Below are positions 62,349 through 64,000 of a stretch of DNA of 64,000 nt, piece after piece. Below the pieces are notes generated by a model that did not search any database, was not told the origin of the DNA, and saw only the letters and a list, made by a program, of their open reading frames with translations. Positions within the stretch are counted from its first letter, which is position 1; each line of letters starts with the position of its first letter. The DNA comes from Azolla caroliniana (Eukaryota; Plantae; Polypodiophyta): the NCBI GenBank assembly GCA_043228905.1, contig JBHGNT010000016.1, positions 10,354,001 through 10,418,000 of the forward strand, read 5' to 3'. The position numbers and the translations under genes were made by a program.

Positions 62349-64000
62349 CCGGCTAGTACAGGATGTCCGGTACACCGACAGAAGGGACACTTATGACCGG
62401 GACCGATACGACAGGTACCGAGATTACAATGGTGACCGTTCTGATCGCGATCACTCTCCAAGTTACAACCAGAGGAGAGAGGATCAGCGCGGGGATTATG
62501 AAGATCGCCGTCGACAGTGATACAAGAACCACCGACGTTTCAATAAGAAATGAAACAACTAAAAGGAGGAGCGTTAGGAACCGGCAAAGGAATACCCACG
62601 AGAGCCGGCGAGAGGCTTGAGTGGCGCCCAACTAGAACAAAGACGAATGAAAGAGCCTAATAGACCGGCAACAGGATTTCAACCAAGTACCGGGCCACAA
62701 GCAGAATCCAGCAATACCTGGATAGCGTATTGTTATTATTGCCGCAGGAAGGCCATTACAACAACCAATGCCCGGTGAAAAGTAATGAAAAACGACTGGC
62801 AGTCAATATGGTGGTAGCAGAGGTCGTGGATATACAGCAAGTCACCACTAGGTCAAAAGGGAAGACGACCAAGTGGGAAGCGCAAGAGGCTATCCGGAAA
62901 CAGGCCACTGAATGGGTGGAGAAGGCGAATGAGCGGAATGTGGCCAAGGTCAAACAACAAAAGTAGGCACCAACGGAGCTCACCGACACAATACAGTCAA
63001 ACAATCCAACATGAAGGGCATTACAAGAATGCCAAATTACATTGCCACTAGGCCGGCTACTACAATTAGTACCCTGGTTCACGGAGGGGCTGAAATCGGC
63101 AATAACACCACCAGACTCGTCGTCGGCTCCGGCTTTCTTTTCCAACCTAGAGGAAGGGCCGGCGGTGGTGGACACAAGCAGTCCGGCAATCACCGCCATT
63201 GTGAAAGGACGCGCGCTACCAGGAACGATCGTCGACGTAGGATCGAGTGTTAATGTAATCAGCCTCTGTACTTGTGATACTCTGGGAATCCAGGAGTGGG
63301 AGCCTTGCCCGTTTTGGCTCCGGCTGGTAGATACGAGTTTGGTAAGACCCACCGGTTTAATACGAGATCTGGAGGTAACAATTGGAGGACATGCATTCCG
63401 CATTTCTACGGTGGTTCTCCAATTAAATACCCAAGGGACTTACCCACTCTTGCTTGGATGACCATGGTTGCGCATGGCGCACATTAAGGAAAACTGGAGA
63501 AAGAACGTGATTATGTTCCGACGAGGCAAAACCAAGGTACGGATACCGACACATCCACAAACCGGAACCAGCAAAGAGCTAACACCATTGTACGCTGAGA
63601 GTGTTAATATGCTAGAAGGGCTCGCCGACGATGAAGTCGATCGGTATCTTGCGGATAATCCAAAAATCGTACCTTTGTTCGAAATAGATGTGGCCGAAGC
63701 AATCTCTCCGTATATGGCACAACTGGAAGATGTCGGAGAGGAACCGGATAGAGATGCCGTCAGAGAACTACGTCAAGCACAAGAGGCCCTAGAACGGGAA
63801 ATGGCGGTATCTCAAAGGGTAAAGGCGTCCCAGCTAGAGGAAGTAAACTTGGGAACTAGAGATGAAGCACGACCAATGCATATTGCCAAAGAAATGTGAC
63901 CGGAAAACAAAACGGCAATGATTACATTATTGAAAGAATTCCGGGACGTATTTGCCTGGTCCTATGAGGATATGCGAGGGCTGGATCCGCAATTGTATCA

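Larger units (their letters stand above)
59009..64000 (+). mobile_element. Family E gypsy 5' part: LTR 59009-59465, tRNA-Arg PBS 59473-59483, gag-PR-RT start; runs off the window end
   Basis: TGTTA...TAACA LTR; TGGCGACCACA matches the plant tRNA-Arg(TCG) 3' end; knuckles; WEPCPFWLRL; DVFAWSYEDMRGLDP. Confidence 0.87.

Overview
Eukaryotic, gene-free window made almost entirely of nested and mostly decayed retrotransposons. It is most likely heterochromatin of a non-seed land plant such as a bryophyte; this is inferred from the Tcn1-like chromovirus and the moss/liverwort-type copia and gypsy proteins. I find no host protein-coding gene. At least six element families are present. (A) Ty1/copia with a long post-RNaseH tail and two PPT-like tracts (1-2005, 24041-25350, 25641-28799, 29069-37307, 50588-57915, 57917-59008). 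(B) Short-LTR Ty1/copia, with two full-length copies (43529-48965 and a very young one at 51216-56727). (C) Chromovirus-type Ty3/gypsy (2006-12680, 19335-22818) with a Tf1-like self-priming signature. (D) tRNA-Trp-primed gypsy group with 4-bp TSDs (4731-11429, 13961-18080, 42352-50587, plus related solo or partial LTRs at 21470, 26799 and 61302). (E) tRNA-Arg-primed gypsy with tandem zinc knuckles and a 3' extra ORF (18100-24040, 30946-36879, 37308-42351, 59009-64000). (F) A LINE fragment (ORF1 end plus APE). The most notable observations are: a complete CCA-ended tRNA-Arg(TCT) copy sitting exactly at a PBS, which looks like a primer read-through fossil with proto-SINE architecture; antisense tRNA-like A-box/B-box modules in the U3 of LTRs from two unrelated gypsy groups; a PPT-enclosing hairpin in both copia families; and recent near-perfect tandem triplications. 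All coordinates and comparisons were made by eye, and family assignments are not database-verified.
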